Part shown: in pieces, positions 1-8,455 of the stretch
Position numbering within the stretch: position 1 is the first letter of the stretch
How the letters are laid out: every line of letters starts with the position of its first letter
From: Nitrosopumilaceae archaeon
Lineage (GTDB): Archaea; Thermoproteota; Nitrososphaeria; Nitrososphaerales; Nitrosopumilaceae
DNA: 32,000 bases
Assembly (NCBI GenBank): GCA_035935115.1
Contig: DASYXK010000020.1
Location: forward strand, 89,373-121,372
Reading direction: 5' to 3'
Program-made: the position numbers and the translations under genes
Notes under the pieces: model-generated
The model's input: only the letters and a program-made list of their open reading frames with translations
Told to the model about the DNA's origin: nothing
Database searches by the model: none

Positions 1-837
1 ACGAATCTCATCTATGAGTCTCTTAACATAACCTTCAATTCCCTTTATACTTCCATTAACTAGATACATCATAGTGCCTGCTCCTTCAATCGATGTTCCA
101 AGAGATCTCAGATCATAAAGTCCATTTGTCATATCATCTAAAAAGAGATCTTTGAATTCAGTGAACATGAGATCTGCTCTTGTTGTCGGTTCCTGAGCAA
201 ATTTACATACTTCAAGTATACTTGACAAACCAGAAAACTGAGAAAGAATCTTTATTGCATGAAAAAGCTCTGAGGAGGAAATTGCTACAAACTTTTTTTC
301 TTTTTTATCAATAGCAAGCAACTTTGCAAGTTTGTCATCTACTTTACCATTAAAAGAACCAATAATTTCAGGAGTCTGGTTTTTTGCTCCAAGTGGATAA
401 TAAAAATATGAAATGCCTTTGCCCATCTCAAGACCTGTAACATGTTCTAAAAGTGAAATAGTTTCATTATTACCTCCAATTCCTGTAGGAAGGTTGTAAA
501 TGACAGAACCTCCTTTTTTCATTGCACTAGTAGCTGCTTTGAATTTAGAATGAATCTCCATTTTTGTTTCTTGTCCAGTTTTTCTGATTCTTGGTGCAAA
601 AAAGAGATACTCTGAGTGAGAAATTGCAACATCAATTGGTTCTACTCCAAGTAATGGTTCATCTTCTTTTAAGGAGGTAACATCGGGATAGGTCTTTGCA
701 ATCTCTGATTTTAGAGAAATAGCCATATGAGCAGATTCATCTACAATAAAGACGTCTGCGCCTTTGATTGCCATTTGACACGCAATAGAATAACCCTCAG
801 TACTAAGACCATAAACAACAACTTTTGTAGCTACCAA
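1..837 (-). CDS. Nucleotide-sugar (UDP-glucose/GDP-mannose type) dehydrogenase-like protein; 3' end runs off the window start
   Basis: Not in the ORF track because there is no stop inside the window. My minus-strand translation is open from 837 to 1. It begins (TTG)VATKVVVYGLSTEGYSIACQMAIKGADVFIVDES, an N-terminal Rossmann beta-alpha-beta. Later segments GKGISYFYYPLGA and SSSELFHAIKILSQFSGLSSILEVCKF resemble conserved UDPGDH-family segments. Start assigned to TTG at 837-835; there is no in-frame ATG upstream. Confidence 0.5.
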   Translation of the reverse strand, partial: MVATKVVVYGLSTEGYSIACQMAIKGADVFIVDESAHMAISLKSEIAKTYPDVTSLKEDEPLLGVEPIDVAISHSEYLFFAPRIRKTGQETKMEIHSKFKAATSAMKKGGSVIYNLPTGIGGNNETISLLEHVTGLEMGKGISYFYYPLGAKNQTPEIIGSFNGKVDDKLAKLLAIDKKEKKFVAISSSELFHAIKILSQFSGLSSILEVCKFAQEPTTRADLMFTEFKDLFLDDMTNGLYDLRSLGTSIEGAGTMMYLVNGSIKGIEGYVKRLIDEIR

Positions 838-878
838 ATCATTGGAGCTAGGAGACAAGGCTAAGAAAAACTTTTTCC

Positions 879-1940
879 ATGCTGAAATTCTATCAAAAAT
901 GTTTGAAAATCTGGTTTGATATACTTACTCCAAAACAACTTTTGTTTTTTGAGCCTATGATCGTAAAATTACGTAAAAACAATCAAATTCTATGCACTTC
1001 TAGGAACTATCGCGAGGTTGTAGAGCTTGCCAAAGTTAGAAACGTAAAGATTGTACTCGTTGGAAAGCATGGAGGATCGAATAAATCCGGAAAATTAAAG
1101 GCCAGTCTTGAACGAACACTGCATTTATCTCAAATAGTAGGAAAGTTTGCTCCAGATCTAACTATTAGCTTCTGTTCACCTGAAGCGGCAAGAATTTCTT
1201 TTGGGACAGGCATCAAACACATTGCCTTTTCTGATTCGCCCCATGCAGAAGCAGTTATGAGACTTTCTGTACCATTTGTACAAAAACTTCTAATTCCATG
1301 GATAATTCCAAAAAAGGAATTTGTCAGATATGGAATTACAGAAAAAGACATCATGCATTATAGATCGATAGATGCTGCATTAATAGTAAAACAGAAATCA
1401 AAAAATTATTCAAAGAATGATTTTCATCTCAAGGACAAAAAGACTGTTCTTGTAAGAGTTGAGGAGTCCCAAGCTGCATATATTAAGACTCGAAAAAACA
1501 CTAGTACGAATATTATAAATGAAATTGCAAAAGAACTCTCAAATTGCAATATAGTTGTCTTAGGCAGATATTTACCACACATAAATCAGCTCAAAAAAGA
1601 ATTTGGAAACAAGATAATAGTGATGGATAAAGTAGTAGATGGAAAAGCGCTTCTTAGATTTACTGATGTTTTTATAGGTTCTGGAGGCACGATGACTGCA
1701 GAGGCTGCATTAATGGGAATTCCAACTATTTCTTATGATGCAGTTCCTAACCATATAGAGAAATATCTTGTGATAATTGGTTTAGTAAAAAGACAAAAAA
1801 ATCCAAAAATAATTATAAAATTAGTTAAGAAAATTTTAAAATCTGACAATCGAAATCTTAGAAAAAAAGCAAAAACAATATTAAATTCAATGGAAGATCC
1901 TGTTTCTAAACTTCTTACTGCGATTAGAACCATTCAATAA
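879..1940 (+). CDS. DUF354-family protein (GT-B / UDP-GlcNAc 2-epimerase-like fold), probable cell-surface sugar metabolism
   Basis: 353-aa ORF. KIWFDILTPKQLLFFEPMI...VGKHGG...GKLKASLER...PDLTISFCSPEAARISFGTGIKHIAFSDSPHAEA matches my recollection of archaeal DUF354 proteins, which typically begin MKIWIDI. An in-frame TTG at 903 would give MKIWFDI and may be the true start. Confidence 0.6.
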   Translation: MLKFYQKCLKIWFDILTPKQLLFFEPMIVKLRKNNQILCTSRNYREVVELAKVRNVKIVLVGKHGGSNKSGKLKASLERTLHLSQIVGKFAPDLTISFCSPEAARISFGTGIKHIAFSDSPHAEAVMRLSVPFVQKLLIPWIIPKKEFVRYGITEKDIMHYRSIDAALIVKQKSKNYSKNDFHLKDKKTVLVRVEESQAAYIKTRKNTSTNIINEIAKELSNCNIVVLGRYLPHINQLKKEFGNKIIVMDKVVDGKALLRFTDVFIGSGGTMTAEAALMGIPTISYDAVPNHIEKYLVIIGLVKRQKNPKIIIKLVKKILKSDNRNLRKKAKTILNSMEDPVSKLLTAIRTIQ

Positions 1941-2000
1941 TATTCAAGTACAAACGACCTTCGAAAAATCATCCTGAACACAAACAATGTACTGAATAAC

Positions 2001-2006
2001 ATATAA
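2001..2006 (+). promoter_or_regulatory. Candidate TATA box for tRNA-Gln
   Basis: aacATATAAgg lies about 33 nt upstream of the mature tRNA 5' end (2037), compatible with an archaeal TATA at about -26 plus a short leader. Confidence 0.3.
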
Positions 2007-2036
2007 GGGAACTTAGTGGAAGATTCAACGCCCGGA

Positions 2037-2126
2037 AGCCCGGTAGAGGAGAAATCCACCGAGTGTAGCGGTCAAGCATAGGGGCCTTTGGAGCCCTTGA
2101 CCCCAGTTCGAATCTGGGCCGGGCTA
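2037..2126 (+). tRNA. tRNA-Gln (anticodon UUG) carrying a 17-nt insertion (putative non-canonical intron) between the acceptor stem and D stem
   Basis: Hand-folded. Acceptor AGCCCGG (2037-2043) pairs with CCGGGCT (2119-2125), discriminator A2126. D arm is GTGT-AGCGGTCAA-GCAT (2063-2079). Anticodon arm is GGGGC-CTTTGGA-GCCCT (2081-2097), anticodon TTG. T arm is CCCAG-TTCGAAT-CTGGG (2102-2118). The extra 17 nt agaggagaaatccaccg lie between T2044 and A2062. The mature length would be 73 nt. Confidence 0.75.
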
Positions 2127-2138
2127 TTTTTTATTTTT
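2127..2138 (+). terminator. Oligo-T archaeal terminator after tRNA-Gln
   Basis: TTTTTTATTTTT lies immediately 3' of the discriminator base. Confidence 0.4.
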
Positions 2139-2145
2139 AAGATTA

Positions 2146-2382
2146 CTACATGTAAGATCCTGTTGGAACAAGGTGCCAGTGCGGCAATAGCGATATACCA
2201 ATCAACAATGGAATTAAGAAAATTGCAATTGAAATTACAGATAATATTATGCCAAGCCATAAACAATTTTTTGCCTTACTTGGATCATCGTCTTTTATTA
2301 TAAAATAAGCAATGACTCCTCCTATAATATTAAAGAGAATAGGTAAGAGAAACCAGAGGCTGCTTCTTTTCCTTATTTCCAT
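2146..2382 (-). CDS. Small two-TM membrane protein, function unknown
   Basis: 78-aa ORF. WFLLPILFNIIGGVIAYFIIKDDDPSKAK followed by a second hydrophobic helix; this W-x-LP-x-x-GG-x-IA-x-x-x-x-K-D-x-DP-x-x-AK pattern recurs in small archaeal membrane proteins. It does not overlap the tRNA. Confidence 0.55.
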   Translation of the reverse strand: MEIRKRSSLWFLLPILFNIIGGVIAYFIIKDDDPSKAKNCLWLGIILSVISIAIFLIPLLIGISLLPHWHLVPTGSYM

Positions 2383-2430
2383 TGAACAAATTACTAGTTA
2401 TTAGAATTTAAACCACGTTATGTTTCTTAA

Positions 2431-3192
2431 TTATATTTCAAGTTTGGAGAGAAGTTTGGTGGATATCGTAAATAAAATCAAAGCCACAACAACTAGAACA
2501 ATCATCTCAATTCCAACAAAAGCGCTAAAATTTCCAAATATTCCTGCTCTTACAACATCTACAAGATATGTAAGCGGGTTAAGATAAAATGCAGTTGAAA
2601 GCGGCTCTGGTGCACCTTGTGCAGGATAAAATGCCGTACTTACGAATGCAAAAAAAAGAAAGACGGTATTAATAACAACATTGAATCCTTCACTGGACTG
2701 TAGTCTAGTAGAGATTATAGATGCAATAGAGCCAAAAAGGATAGAACCGGTAACTGAGGCAAAAACTACTAGCGGTATAGTATAGAAATTAAATTCAACA
2801 GATTTGAAGAAGAGCGGATATCCAACAGCGGTGATAAGAGCCGCACTTATCAAACCAACAATACCAATTGTGTAAATGTTGCTCAAGATATAATGAGCTC
2901 TAGTGAACGGTCCAACAAGAATTTGTTCAAACATTCCGTGTCTTCTGTCATTCCAAATAATAATTCCGGATATGAGAGTACTATTCATTATGTTAAAACC
3001 AATCATGCCAGAAGCTATGAATGCTGGATAGTCTAGAGATTTGCTTCCAAATGGAACTGAATGAATCAAAGCAGTATAAGCAAAACCAGCTACAAAGATA
3101 TAGATCAGCGGGAAAACAATCTGCCAGATCAAAAAACCCTTGTTAAGAGAGATAGTGAGATTTCTATTTACTAATCTAATTATTGGATGCAT
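2431..3192 (-). CDS. ABC-2 type transporter permease
   Basis: 253-aa polytopic hydrophobic ORF. Its start overlaps the stop of the upstream ABC ATPase by 17 nt, the typical ABC-2 exporter pairing. Confidence 0.8.
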   Translation of the reverse strand: MHPIIRLVNRNLTISLNKGFLIWQIVFPLIYIFVAGFAYTALIHSVPFGSKSLDYPAFIASGMIGFNIMNSTLISGIIIWNDRRHGMFEQILVGPFTRAHYILSNIYTIGIVGLISAALITAVGYPLFFKSVEFNFYTIPLVVFASVTGSILFGSIASIISTRLQSSEGFNVVINTVFLFFAFVSTAFYPAQGAPEPLSTAFYLNPLTYLVDVVRAGIFGNFSAFVGIEMIVLVVVALILFTISTKLLSKLEI

Positions 3193-4117
3193 TAGAATTT
3201 TTCACCACTGTAAGAAATATTTCTTCAAGAGTTGTAGGCATTACAGACAAATCCTCTATAGATATATTGTTTGCTGTTAAGATTTGTAGAATTTTTAGTA
3301 ACACTTCCTCAGAATCATTTGATCGAATTGTTATGTTTGTTCCAGAATTAAAATCAATTTCATAGTCTTTTGTATCAATTAAAAGACCTCGTACATCTTT
3401 TTTTGTTTCAGAAATACGGATTTTAATTGTTTTTTCTCGACCAAATTTATTTTTTAGTTCATTAGGAGTATCTATAGCAATTATTTTACCTTTGTTAATA
3501 ATAGCAACTTCATCGCACAAATATTCGGCTTCATTTAGTATATGAGTTGTAAAAAATATTGTAAGACCTTCTTTGACTTTCTTTTTAATATAATCCAGCA
3601 ATCCGCGTCTAGCAGATGGATCTAATCCCACCGTGGGTTCATCAAGAAACAAAAGTTCTATATCATGCATAAATTCTCGTGCAACTTGGACTCTTCTTCT
3701 TTGACCAATTGAAAGATCGTCGTTTTTCATTTTTCTTATTTCTTGTAGATCAAAAGCAGAAAGAAGTTCCTCTACTCGATCTTTTCTTGTCTTTCTCTCA
3801 ACATTCCACATCATACCATATTTTTCCAGTGATTTTTCTACACTTAGTGTTGGTTCATAACTTGGCTGTTGTAAAACAACTCCTATTTTCTTTCTTACAT
3901 CAAGAGGATGTCGGATGGCATCCATTCCAAGAATGTTAATAGTTCCACTTGTTGGTGCGATCAGAGTAGTAAGTAGTTTGATTGCAGTGGTTTTTCCAGC
4001 ACCATTTGGTCCCAAAAAGCCAAAAATCTTACCAGAGTTCACAGAAAGATCTATTCCATCTACTGCCATGATTGATCCATATGATTTAGAAAGTGAATTT
4101 GCCACAATACAGGACAT
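3176..4117 (-). CDS. ABC transporter ATP-binding protein (ABC-2/DrrA-like, with C-terminal accessory domain)
   Basis: Walker A GPNGAGKTT, signature LSIGQRRRV, Walker B LLFLDEPTVGLD, H-loop TTHIL. Start moved to Met49 of the track ORF (ATG at 4117, MSCIVANSLSKSYG), which gives a standard N-terminus. Confidence 0.85.
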   Translation of the reverse strand: MSCIVANSLSKSYGSIMAVDGIDLSVNSGKIFGFLGPNGAGKTTAIKLLTTLIAPTSGTINILGMDAIRHPLDVRKKIGVVLQQPSYEPTLSVEKSLEKYGMMWNVERKTRKDRVEELLSAFDLQEIRKMKNDDLSIGQRRRVQVAREFMHDIELLFLDEPTVGLDPSARRGLLDYIKKKVKEGLTIFFTTHILNEAEYLCDEVAIINKGKIIAIDTPNELKNKFGREKTIKIRISETKKDVRGLLIDTKDYEIDFNSGTNITIRSNDSEEVLLKILQILTANNISIEDLSVMPTTLEEIFLTVVKNSNASNN

Positions 4118-4160
4118 TAAAGAATATTTTATTCCCCCCACTAATTTAGCTAATGAAATT

Positions 4161-4170
4161 TTTATTAATA
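4161..4170 (+). promoter_or_regulatory. Candidate TATA box for the RPA-like gene (near-leaderless transcript)
   Basis: TTTATTAATA is centred about 27 nt upstream of position 4192, and the proposed TTG start is at 4194. Confidence 0.3.
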
Positions 4171-4193
4171 CACACTTTCTAACACATAGTAAC

Positions 4194-5591
4194 TTGTCAG
4201 AATTTGAGTCTCTATTAAACAAACTTCTAGAACAAAAGCCTGATCTTTCAAGATCAGACATACAGGAAATGATTGAAAAAAAGAAAGAAAAGATCGGTGC
4301 CGGATATCTGACAGATCAAGGTGCTCTTTTTCTCATAGCATCAGATCTTGGAGTGTCCTTAAATGAACAATTGAAAGTTGAGATGGGTCTTAAGGATCTA
4401 TACGTGGGAGCAAAAGAAATTACACTTCAAACAAGAGTGATGAATGTTTATCCAGCAAAACAGTTTTCTAGAAAAGATGGTTCTCAGTTTCTCCTTAGAA
4501 CTATGACAGTTTATGATGCAGACTCACGAGCAAAGGTCAAGTTATGGGATGAAAAAGCAAACTTACCGGGAATAGAAACCCTCAAGCCTGGCGATTTAGT
4601 AAAAATAATCAAAGCTTATGTAAAATCCGACATGACTGGTACTCCCATAATCAATGTTGGTTCAAATTCAAATATTGAGACAGGTGATGTACAAAATGAC
4701 ATTCCTTCTCTTGATTCAATTACTGATGATGTTAGTACAATAAAAGAAAATCAGCAAAATTTGGTAGTTTCTGGCATCTTAGATGGAAATGTCAGGGTTT
4801 CTGAATTTACAAACTTTAAGGGTCAACCAGGTAAAGCACTCCACTTACGAATCAAAGGAAAAGGCGAAACATATGCACGTGTTGTACTATGGAATACTGA
4901 TGAAAAACATCTCCCAAAAATGATTACACTTGGTGCAAAGACTAGACTCATCGGAGTTAGAACCAAAATGGGTCAACAGGGACTAGAACTGCATGGTGAT
5001 GAGGGTACAGTAATTGAAATCGAAGGCACAAAAGAAATTCAACCAATAATTATTAGAGTTTTATCTATGACGAAAAATGATTCTGGAAATATAATGATTT
5101 TAGGAACGGAACAAAATAAGAAAATTTTAAACATTGTAGATTCAGCCGGAGTTTCTAAAGATCTGAAAGTTGGTGATGTAATAGAATGCATGCCGACCAA
5201 AGTATATGGAAATTCAGTAACACTAGAAGGAGATTCATTTATCAGAAAAACAGAGGATAACAAAATGCCAACCATTTCAGAAATAAGAACTAAAATCAGA
5301 GATCTAAAGCCAAGCGACAATATCTATTGCATAGAATCTATTATTCTAAAAAATCCAGAAAGACGTGAGATTCAGACAAAGACTGGTGAATTGGTATCTC
5401 TTTCAGAGGTGTTTATTGAAGATGATACTGGACAAATCTGGTTAAAAGGTTGGAGAAACCAAGCTAGATTACTAGACCAGTTTTCCCAAGGTGAGATAAT
5501 CACGGTAACAGGTGTAACTGCAAAAGCTGGGTTGGAAGGTAGAATTGAACTCTTTTTGACTCCATTTTCAGGCATTATAAAGAAAAATTAA
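4194..5591 (+). CDS. Multi-OB-fold single-stranded DNA-binding protein (RPA-like, about 4 OB folds)
   Basis: Four repeats of an OB-like pattern: ITLQTRVMNVYPAKQF...VKLWDEKA; LVVSGILDGNVRVSEF...VVLWNTDEK; IIIRVLSMTKN...; IYCIESIILKNPERREI...IWLKGWRNQA. The N-terminal helical module ...EKIGAGYLTDQGALFLIASDLGV resembles euryarchaeal RPA N-termini. Start set to in-frame TTG 4194, because the track ORF's upstream part (3915-4193) is antisense to the ABC ATPase. Confidence 0.7.
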   Translation: MSEFESLLNKLLEQKPDLSRSDIQEMIEKKKEKIGAGYLTDQGALFLIASDLGVSLNEQLKVEMGLKDLYVGAKEITLQTRVMNVYPAKQFSRKDGSQFLLRTMTVYDADSRAKVKLWDEKANLPGIETLKPGDLVKIIKAYVKSDMTGTPIINVGSNSNIETGDVQNDIPSLDSITDDVSTIKENQQNLVVSGILDGNVRVSEFTNFKGQPGKALHLRIKGKGETYARVVLWNTDEKHLPKMITLGAKTRLIGVRTKMGQQGLELHGDEGTVIEIEGTKEIQPIIIRVLSMTKNDSGNIMILGTEQNKKILNIVDSAGVSKDLKVGDVIECMPTKVYGNSVTLEGDSFIRKTEDNKMPTISEIRTKIRDLKPSDNIYCIESIILKNPERREIQTKTGELVSLSEVFIEDDTGQIWLKGWRNQARLLDQFSQGEIITVTGVTAKAGLEGRIELFLTPFSGIIKKN

Positions 5592-8359
5592 GAATCCCAA
5601 AAACCTCTAGTTGTAACGTATTGTCTTTCCGCTTCATAGATTTGCTTGTATAGTTGTTCTTCTCCTACCATATTTCTTAGGATACGAGCACCTGTATCAG
5701 CACCAACACCATATCCTGAAAGAACAACAAGTGCGGTTCTACCAAAATTTTCAATAAGAGACGAAATTTTCCATGCACGTACAAACTTATGATTTTCATC
5801 GGCGGTGATTTTTTTACCAGAATGTTTCTTTTGTATTATTTTGGATAGATCATAATCAGAAAAAAATGTAGCAGTGATCTGTCTAGATTTGCAATAAGGA
5901 CATACAAGTGAATCTTTTACTTCCTTTGTTTCCATTACTCTTTCCCATTTTCCACATCTTGCACAAACAAGTCTATGTTTGGTTTTCAATAGCCTAGTCT
6001 TAACAAGATCTAAAATTCCTTTGTCAATGTTTGCCGGAGCTGCATAGTATTTTGTCGTATGATCAAGTATAGGCTCTGCAAGTTTAGAGAAGCTTTCTAC
6101 TTCAATCCAGTGAAGTTGAATCTCTCTTGCTTTTATTTTCTTTAATAATTCCAATGTATTTTCTAAATCATATTTATCATGAAACAACTCGCGTAATGCT
6201 TCTTTTGCAAGTGGTGTTTTTGCGTATTTTTCATAAAGAAACCTAGCAGATTTTCTATCATAAACAGAACTACGCCCTACAATACCAAATTTCTTAGCTA
6301 CACACCAAGTGCGCCAATTCACATTATGCGTACCAGAAAGTGATGCCTCTACAATAAAAGACAAATCAAACTCATCTTCCAATACATCCAACAAAGGTTT
6401 TTGTAATATTCTGCCATTAGATGACATCATAATTCTATATGCATCAGATCTAGAATCCACCAAATATCCTGTCTTAGATGATAACATTGTAGAAAGAAGT
6501 GTTGAAAGAGTAGAGTTAATTTTTGTGCCAAAACATGAATGCATAACTATAGTGTTACGAGCTCTAAGTGATTCTACTACTATGGTTTTTTCATCCGGAA
6601 TAATTCCTAGCTTAAGATTTTCAATTATTTTATTAGATATTGCAGGTGAGGTCATCTGTGTTCTAGTCCTAAAGATACCAACTTTTCGTGCGGTGGTATA
6701 GTCAACTGGTATGCTTTCACCTTCCCAATAAGGTACGTTAATTCCTGCTGCGCTTATAGGTTCAACATTAATTTTTAGTGAACTTTCGTCAACATTTAGT
6801 ATTCGCCATTGCAATCCTCTAAGGACAAAAACATTACCAGGATCTCCATAATCTCCTACAAATCTTTGATCTAAACTTCCAATAATCTTCTTACTTGCGG
6901 TATCAAAGACCTTGAATTTTAAAATGTCAGGTATGGTAGAAAGATTTTCAAAAAAATATCGAAACGCTCTCCCCTTTTTCTTAAAAACCATTTCTTCTTT
7001 ATCAAAAAATAAAATCGAGTTAGAATGCAAAATATCAAGTACTGAGAAGAGTTCTTCTATTGTTACGTTCCTGAAAGAATAGGCTTGTGTAATAATCTTC
7101 ATTGCCAAATCCACTGAAACACTTCCAAATTGCATCGTCATGCCAACTAGATGATGAGCTAGTACGTCCAGCGCTCCTTCATGGATAACTTGATCCTCTA
7201 TTGATTTTTCTTTTACTCTATCAAGTATTGCGCGTGTTTCAAATTCGTCATCTGGGTTGTTTGTTACGATTAATCCCTTTGCAGAAGAATCTCTGTTGTG
7301 TTTGCTTCTTCCTATTCTTTGTATTAATTTTGAAACTTGTCTTGGAGATCCATAATGAATTACTAATTCAACAGAACCAATATCAAGTCCAAGTTCAAGT
7401 GATGAAGTACATACTACTATTCCAGGTCTTCCTTGTCTTAGTGTTTCCTCTGTTTCTTCCCTAACTTCCTGAGAAAGTGATCCGTGGTGTAATTCTATTC
7501 TTAAAGTAGATCTTTCCTTTAGAATAGAAGCTAGATATTCTGATTCTCCACGTGTATTTGTAAAAAGCAAAACTGGTGAGTTGGGATGATTTTTTTCCAC
7601 ATATTCAACAATAAAATCTACTACATCTGTTATGGTTCCATCAATGTACTTGACTTCGACATCGTATTTTCTTATCGAGTTGTCTTGAATTATTTTGCAT
7701 TTTCTCTTTGTACCAACAACAAACTTGGCAGATTCATTAGTATTTCCAATTGTTGCAGAAAGACCCACCCTGGTTATTGGAAACTTGGAATTAAGCTGGA
7801 GTCTTTCTAGACTAAGAGAAAGTTGAGATCCTCGTTCATTTCCTAAAAGCTCATGTACCTCATCTATTACTATCCACTCAAGCTCTGAAAGAGCGTTCAA
7901 TAATTTCTGTTGTGTCAAAAGTATCATTATGGTTTCAGGAGTGGTAATGAGAACATCCGGCGGTGATTCGGTTATTTTTTTTCTAATTGCTTGAGTTGTA
8001 TCACCATGTCGTATTTGTATAGTAAGATTTTCATTTTCTGCATATTTTATTATTCTTCGAAAGACGTCACGATTTAGTGCCCGAAGTGGCGTAATGTATA
8101 ATGCCTTTATTTTTCCAATTTTTTTCGAATTTGCTAGACGGGCAAAAATTGGAATCACCGAAGATTCGGTCTTACCAGAACCAGTAGGGGCAACTATCAA
8201 TGAATCTATTTTTTGGTATACTACTGGAACTGCTTTTTTTTGAATATCAGTTAAATTTTCAAATCCTAGAGAGCGAAACTTATCTGTAAGAGAAAGATCA
8301 GCTAGTCGGTTCTGGTTCTTGATTCTGTCTTGTTCTAGCTCGCTCATATACCATAACAC
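5588..8359 (-). CDS. lhr: Lhr-type (large helicase-related) DEAD/DEAH-box ATP-dependent helicase
   Basis: 923 aa. Motif I APTGSGKT, motif II DEVH, HHGSLS, QRIGRS, then a long Lhr-type C-terminal region with a CxxC...CxxC zinc ribbon (CARCGK...CPYCKS). Confidence 0.85.
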   Translation of the reverse strand: MLWYMSELEQDRIKNQNRLADLSLTDKFRSLGFENLTDIQKKAVPVVYQKIDSLIVAPTGSGKTESSVIPIFARLANSKKIGKIKALYITPLRALNRDVFRRIIKYAENENLTIQIRHGDTTQAIRKKITESPPDVLITTPETIMILLTQQKLLNALSELEWIVIDEVHELLGNERGSQLSLSLERLQLNSKFPITRVGLSATIGNTNESAKFVVGTKRKCKIIQDNSIRKYDVEVKYIDGTITDVVDFIVEYVEKNHPNSPVLLFTNTRGESEYLASILKERSTLRIELHHGSLSQEVREETEETLRQGRPGIVVCTSSLELGLDIGSVELVIHYGSPRQVSKLIQRIGRSKHNRDSSAKGLIVTNNPDDEFETRAILDRVKEKSIEDQVIHEGALDVLAHHLVGMTMQFGSVSVDLAMKIITQAYSFRNVTIEELFSVLDILHSNSILFFDKEEMVFKKKGRAFRYFFENLSTIPDILKFKVFDTASKKIIGSLDQRFVGDYGDPGNVFVLRGLQWRILNVDESSLKINVEPISAAGINVPYWEGESIPVDYTTARKVGIFRTRTQMTSPAISNKIIENLKLGIIPDEKTIVVESLRARNTIVMHSCFGTKINSTLSTLLSTMLSSKTGYLVDSRSDAYRIMMSSNGRILQKPLLDVLEDEFDLSFIVEASLSGTHNVNWRTWCVAKKFGIVGRSSVYDRKSARFLYEKYAKTPLAKEALRELFHDKYDLENTLELLKKIKAREIQLHWIEVESFSKLAEPILDHTTKYYAAPANIDKGILDLVKTRLLKTKHRLVCARCGKWERVMETKEVKDSLVCPYCKSRQITATFFSDYDLSKIIQKKHSGKKITADENHKFVRAWKISSLIENFGRTALVVLSGYGVGADTGARILRNMVGEEQLYKQIYEAERQYVTTRGFWDS

Positions 8360-8455
8360 CCACTAATCCAATTCCAAATAGAATTACTGTGATAAGTGGT
8401 ATAGAATCAAAAATGCCTGCCATGAACGCCTTAGTAATTTACAGTGATAAATATC

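Noticed and set aside
2072-2303. Track ORFs 2072..2266 (minus strand) and 2088..2303 (plus strand)
   Set aside because: They overlap the tRNA-Gln gene and the better-supported small membrane protein gene (2146..2382), and they have no protein-like features.
3915-4193. N-terminal 93 codons of the track ORF 3915..5591
   Set aside because: This part is antisense to the Walker-A/N-terminal region of the ABC ATPase and has no OB-fold or other recognisable content. A TATA-like element at 4161-4170 and an in-frame TTG at 4194 give a sensible start, so I treat the extension as a shadow of the opposite-strand gene.
4118-4261. N-terminal 48 codons of the track ORF 3176..4261 (ABC ATPase)
   Set aside because: The extension (MSDLERSGFCSRSLF...) precedes the normal ABC N-terminus MSCIVANSLSKSYG and would run into the RPA-like gene's promoter and start. 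The internal ATG 4117 is preferred.
6309-6701. Long antisense ORFs inside confirmed genes, such as 6309..6701, 7201..7464, 9905..10255, 12435..12710, 13739..14029, 17355..17678, 18463..18786 and 30665..30958
   Set aside because: All lie fully within, and opposite to, genes with strong family signatures. Their compositions are low-complexity, typical of shadow ORFs in AT-rich DNA.
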